64,000 nt of DNA from Bacteroidales bacterium (lineage in GTDB: Bacteria; Bacteroidota; Bacteroidia; Bacteroidales; VadinHA17). A program made the translations under genes and the position numbers. The notes under the pieces are model-generated. The model saw only the letters and a program-made list of their open reading frames with translations, was not told the DNA's origin and ran no database searches. Below, piece after piece: positions 61,244 through 64,000 of the stretch; the first letter of the stretch is position 1, and each line of letters opens with the position of its first letter. The stretch covers positions 550 through 64,549 of the forward strand of contig JALONT010000007.1 of the NCBI GenBank assembly GCA_025454795.1, in the 5' to 3' direction.

Positions 61244-61909
61244 TTAATTGGTAGAAGTTGAAGCAGGAGGAGATGACCCGATGGCCGTTTCCACCATCTT
61301 TTCCTCATACCATGCTATATCCACAAACGTATAACGGGCTATTCCGCAGATGTTCATCTCGTCGAGAATATCTACAAAATTGCCGTAATTGGCTTTTTTA
61401 TAAGCTTTTATAAGCACAATTGGACCAGTATCATCATCATTTTTCAGTTTCCTGATAGCGCTCAGAAGTGAATCCTGGGAGATAACGATCTTACCTGAGA
61501 TCACCTGATTGTTGAAATCAGCTATCTTCCTTGCAAGTGTCCTGTTTCTTTCCAGAAGCATCTGACGTATTCCTGCAGCACTGAAATCTGTTTCCATTAC
61601 CGGCGGAAGATTGTTATAATCCTCTTCTTTAACAGTAGCAGGGTACCAGAAAAGTTTATTGTCCGGACCCAGGATTATATTTAAAGTTCTGCTTGCTGCA
61701 ATTACAGGAGCCTTCTGATTGGGATCCTTGATCTTTTCAGGAAGTACAATCTCCATTATTTTAGCCTTGCTGAAAGCGGTGGTAAGCATAAAAAATGTGA
61801 TCAGCAGACACATAAGGTCAACCATAGGTGTCATGTCAATATGCGGGGCATGTTTCTTAGCCTTCTTCTTTCCGCCTTTTACTTTTTCCTCTTGAATTAT
61901 TTCTGCCAT
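61244..61909 (-). CDS. exbD: Biopolymer transporter ExbD/TolR family
   Basis: IDMTPMVDLMCLLITFFM. The ATG at 61909 (MAEIIQ) lies 1 nt after the upstream exbD stop; the listed start at 61954 overlaps that gene. Confidence 0.85.
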   Translation of the reverse strand: MAEIIQEEKVKGGKKKAKKHAPHIDMTPMVDLMCLLITFFMLTTAFSKAKIMEIVLPEKIKDPNQKAPVIAASRTLNIILGPDNKLFWYPATVKEEDYNNLPPVMETDFSAAGIRQMLLERNRTLARKIADFNNQVISGKIVISQDSLLSAIRKLKNDDDTGPIVLIKAYKKANYGNFVDILDEMNICGIARYTFVDIAWYEEKMVETAIGSSPPASTSTN

Positions 61910-61910
61910 A

Positions 61911-62552
61911 TCACTGTTGTTGTATTTCTTCCAGGTTAATCTTTGTTGCTTCAAGACTTGTGATCAGATTAAACCTGTTAACATTTTTTTCCTGCAGAAT
62001 ATCCAGAACTTTTTTAACGGTGGAGAACCCGGTTTTCGAGTCTCCTTTAAGACAAGCCTGGATATTGGGATTTACCTGACGTGCATAGAGAATCCACAAT
62101 GAAAGCTGATTATCAGTTGAATCAAGTGGGATTCCTATCTGAAAAGCATCTCTTCCCTTTGAGTCTTTAGTGGCTAAAAACTCCTTCATCTTTAAGATTG
62201 GAACTCCGAGAGAGGATGGATACTTTTCAAATTCTCTCAGTTCCGCCGGAGTAAATTCAACTCCGTACCTTGTACCCATAAGAGTCAGAATCTTTGGCCT
62301 GTACTTAAGGAGGGTATCTGGTCCGTTATCAAAATTGATAAATACTCTATCGTCGTTTGACAGAAGGAATGTCATTGTATTAAAATCAGGTGTAGGTTTT
62401 TCTGATATTGAAAAAGGCGTATCAACTGTAGCCGGTTCGGGCTGCCTCATTGTGGTAGTCAGCATAAGAAATGTAAGGACCACTGAAAAGAGGTCAACCA
62501 TCGGCGTCATGTCAATATGGGGCGACTTGGTTGGTAATTTAATCTTTGGCAT
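61911..62552 (-). CDS. exbD: Biopolymer transporter ExbD/TolR family
   Basis: IDMTPMVDLFSVVLTFLM. Confidence 0.85.
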   Translation of the reverse strand: MPKIKLPTKSPHIDMTPMVDLFSVVLTFLMLTTTMRQPEPATVDTPFSISEKPTPDFNTMTFLLSNDDRVFINFDNGPDTLLKYRPKILTLMGTRYGVEFTPAELREFEKYPSSLGVPILKMKEFLATKDSKGRDAFQIGIPLDSTDNQLSLWILYARQVNPNIQACLKGDSKTGFSTVKKVLDILQEKNVNRFNLITSLEATKINLEEIQQQ

Positions 62553-62595
62553 TTTAGTTTTTTATTTATGATTTAGACCAAAAGATAAATTTCTG

Positions 62596-63414
62596 TTACT
62601 TGTTCTTCAGTGATGCAGCAAAATTCTGTGTCAGGCTGAAACCAGCTTCATCAATTTTAAATGTATATGAGTCAATAGTTGATGAAAAATAATTGAATGC
62701 TATAATTGATAATGTAGATCCTGTAATACCAAATGCAGTATTAACAAGAGCTTCAGAGATACCTGTTGCGAGTGCAAGAGCATCAGGAGCACCTGATTGT
62801 GCAAGAGCACCGAATGCACGGATCATACCGAGAACTGTCCCGATAAGACCAATTAAAACGGATATTGAAGCCAGTGTTGAGAAAATAACCATATTTTTTG
62901 AAAGCATAGGCAGCTCAAGAGCTGTAGCCTCTTCGAATGATTTCTGAATAGATAGGATTTTCTGATCTTTCTCAAGTTCTTTGTCATTTTGAAGGTCACG
63001 GTAACGCAATAAACCTGCTTTCATAACATTTGCGAGAGAACCCTTCTGCTTGTCGCAAGCTTCCATTGCTTCTTCAATCTTATCTTCTCCAAGAAGAGTC
63101 TGAAGAGAGCGGACAAATGTATTTAACCTGCCTTTACCTTTTGCTCTTGAAAGAGTAATTGCTCTTTCAAATAAGAAAATGAAAAGAACAAGAACACAGG
63201 TCATAAGAATCGGAACGATATACCCACCTTTGTATATAATACCCAGGTAGTTACCTTCCAGCGGAGATCCCTTGGGATTACCTCCTTCGAAGTTAACAGG
63301 ATTACCCATTATATTGACAAACAATAAATAGGCAACTACAAAAGCTACTAAAATAGCACCTGCTGCAAAAATATTTTGCAACGCATCTTTGAACGAACTT
63401 CCTTTTTTACTCAT
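62596..63414 (-). CDS. exbB: MotA/TolQ/ExbB proton channel
   Basis: Three TM helices and the motif GLIGTVLGMIRAF.... Confidence 0.9.
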   Translation of the reverse strand: MSKKGSSFKDALQNIFAAGAILVAFVVAYLLFVNIMGNPVNFEGGNPKGSPLEGNYLGIIYKGGYIVPILMTCVLVLFIFLFERAITLSRAKGKGRLNTFVRSLQTLLGEDKIEEAMEACDKQKGSLANVMKAGLLRYRDLQNDKELEKDQKILSIQKSFEEATALELPMLSKNMVIFSTLASISVLIGLIGTVLGMIRAFGALAQSGAPDALALATGISEALVNTAFGITGSTLSIIAFNYFSSTIDSYTFKIDEAGFSLTQNFAASLKNK

Positions 63415-63452
63415 TTTTATCGATTTGATTAAGTTTAAAATTTAACGATTTG

Positions 63453-63460
63453 CAAATATA
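63453..63460 (-). promoter_or_regulatory. -7 box TATATTTG for the exbB-exbD-exbD-tonB operon
   Basis: Exact TAnnTTTG on the minus strand, 39 nt upstream of ATG 63414. Confidence 0.45.
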
Positions 63461-63606
63461 TATTATCAATTGTTTTTTTCCAATTACATCTAAAATATTG
63501 TTAAACTTTCAGTCCTCTCTTTTATTGTTATAGACCCGAAAGACCTGAGATTCACCTGATATCATATATAATTTAGATCAATTCTTAATATTTATTCCGG
63601 GATAAT

Positions 63607-64000
63607 CTACTTTTCAAGAGTTACATTATAAACTCTCGATTTCGTTACCGGGACTTCTTTTGTTTTATATCCTTTTGCACTAACAAGCAGTATTTCGGAA
63701 CTTTGCGGAATTTCAAACTTATATTCGCCCTTCGAATTTGTAAGGTTCTCTGCAGATGTATCCTTTACCCTGATAGAAGCATAGGGAATCGGCGTACCGG
63801 TGGCTGCATCTTTTACTGAACCTTTGATCTCATTCGGATTAATTCCTTTCCTGACAGCTGCCTCAAATTCACGGATATAGCCAACCTGATTTTTTGCTGA
63901 AACATTATTCGGGTCGAGTGCCAGTATCTTATTGTAAGCATCAGTTGATTTTGCAAGGAAAGGCAGCCTGCCTTCGTTTGTTTTTTCATTTCCGGCCATC
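63607..64000 (-). CDS. C-terminal part of a TPR plus carboxypeptidase-regulatory-like-domain protein (gene probably starts beyond the window end)
   Basis: GSVKDAATGTPIPYASIRVKD...TNSKGEYKFE is a CarboxypepD_reg-like beta-sandwich. There is no signal peptide at the listed Met, which sits on the last full codon of the window. Confidence 0.55.
   Translation of the reverse strand, partial: MAGNEKTNEGRLPFLAKSTDAYNKILALDPNNVSAKNQVGYIREFEAAVRKGINPNEIKGSVKDAATGTPIPYASIRVKDTSAENLTNSKGEYKFEIPQSSEILLVSAKGYKTKEVPVTKSRVYNVTLEK

Overview
This is an AT-rich, densely coding chromosomal core region of a Bacteroidota-type genome. The phylum call rests on a T9SS C-terminal sorting domain, many exact TAnnTTTG -7 promoter boxes, mostly Shine-Dalgarno-less starts, and a TonB/ExbBD cluster. 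I count about 53 CDS, nearly all housekeeping: an AddA/AddB-like helicase-nuclease pair, ribH, recF, ndk, galK, dnaA, rpsF-rpsR-rplI, dnaX, secA, dapA, ligA, argS, ffh, folD, aroE, truA and exbB-exbD-exbD-tonB. I recognised no rRNA, tRNA, CRISPR array or intact IS/transposase. Four things stand out. (1) dnaX carries an A AAA AAG slippery heptamer inside an A10 run, with a -1 frame stop one codon later, at the expected tau/gamma boundary. (2) An AmmeMemoRadiSam operon (amrB/amrA fusion and amrS) has export-type N-termini and embeds an 808-aa polytopic, degenerate spermidine-synthase-like membrane protein. (3) Several GC-rich hairpin or periodic repeat islands sit in otherwise AT-rich spacers. 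They include a 200-bp MITE-like insertion with 19-bp TIRs and a 9-bp target duplication, a 19-unit heptamer array upstream of ffh, and a 148-nt nested-stem element downstream of rplI/ridA. (4) A pentapeptide-repeat beta-helix is fused to a K+ channel pore. All functional calls come from motif recognition by eye; no database search was run.
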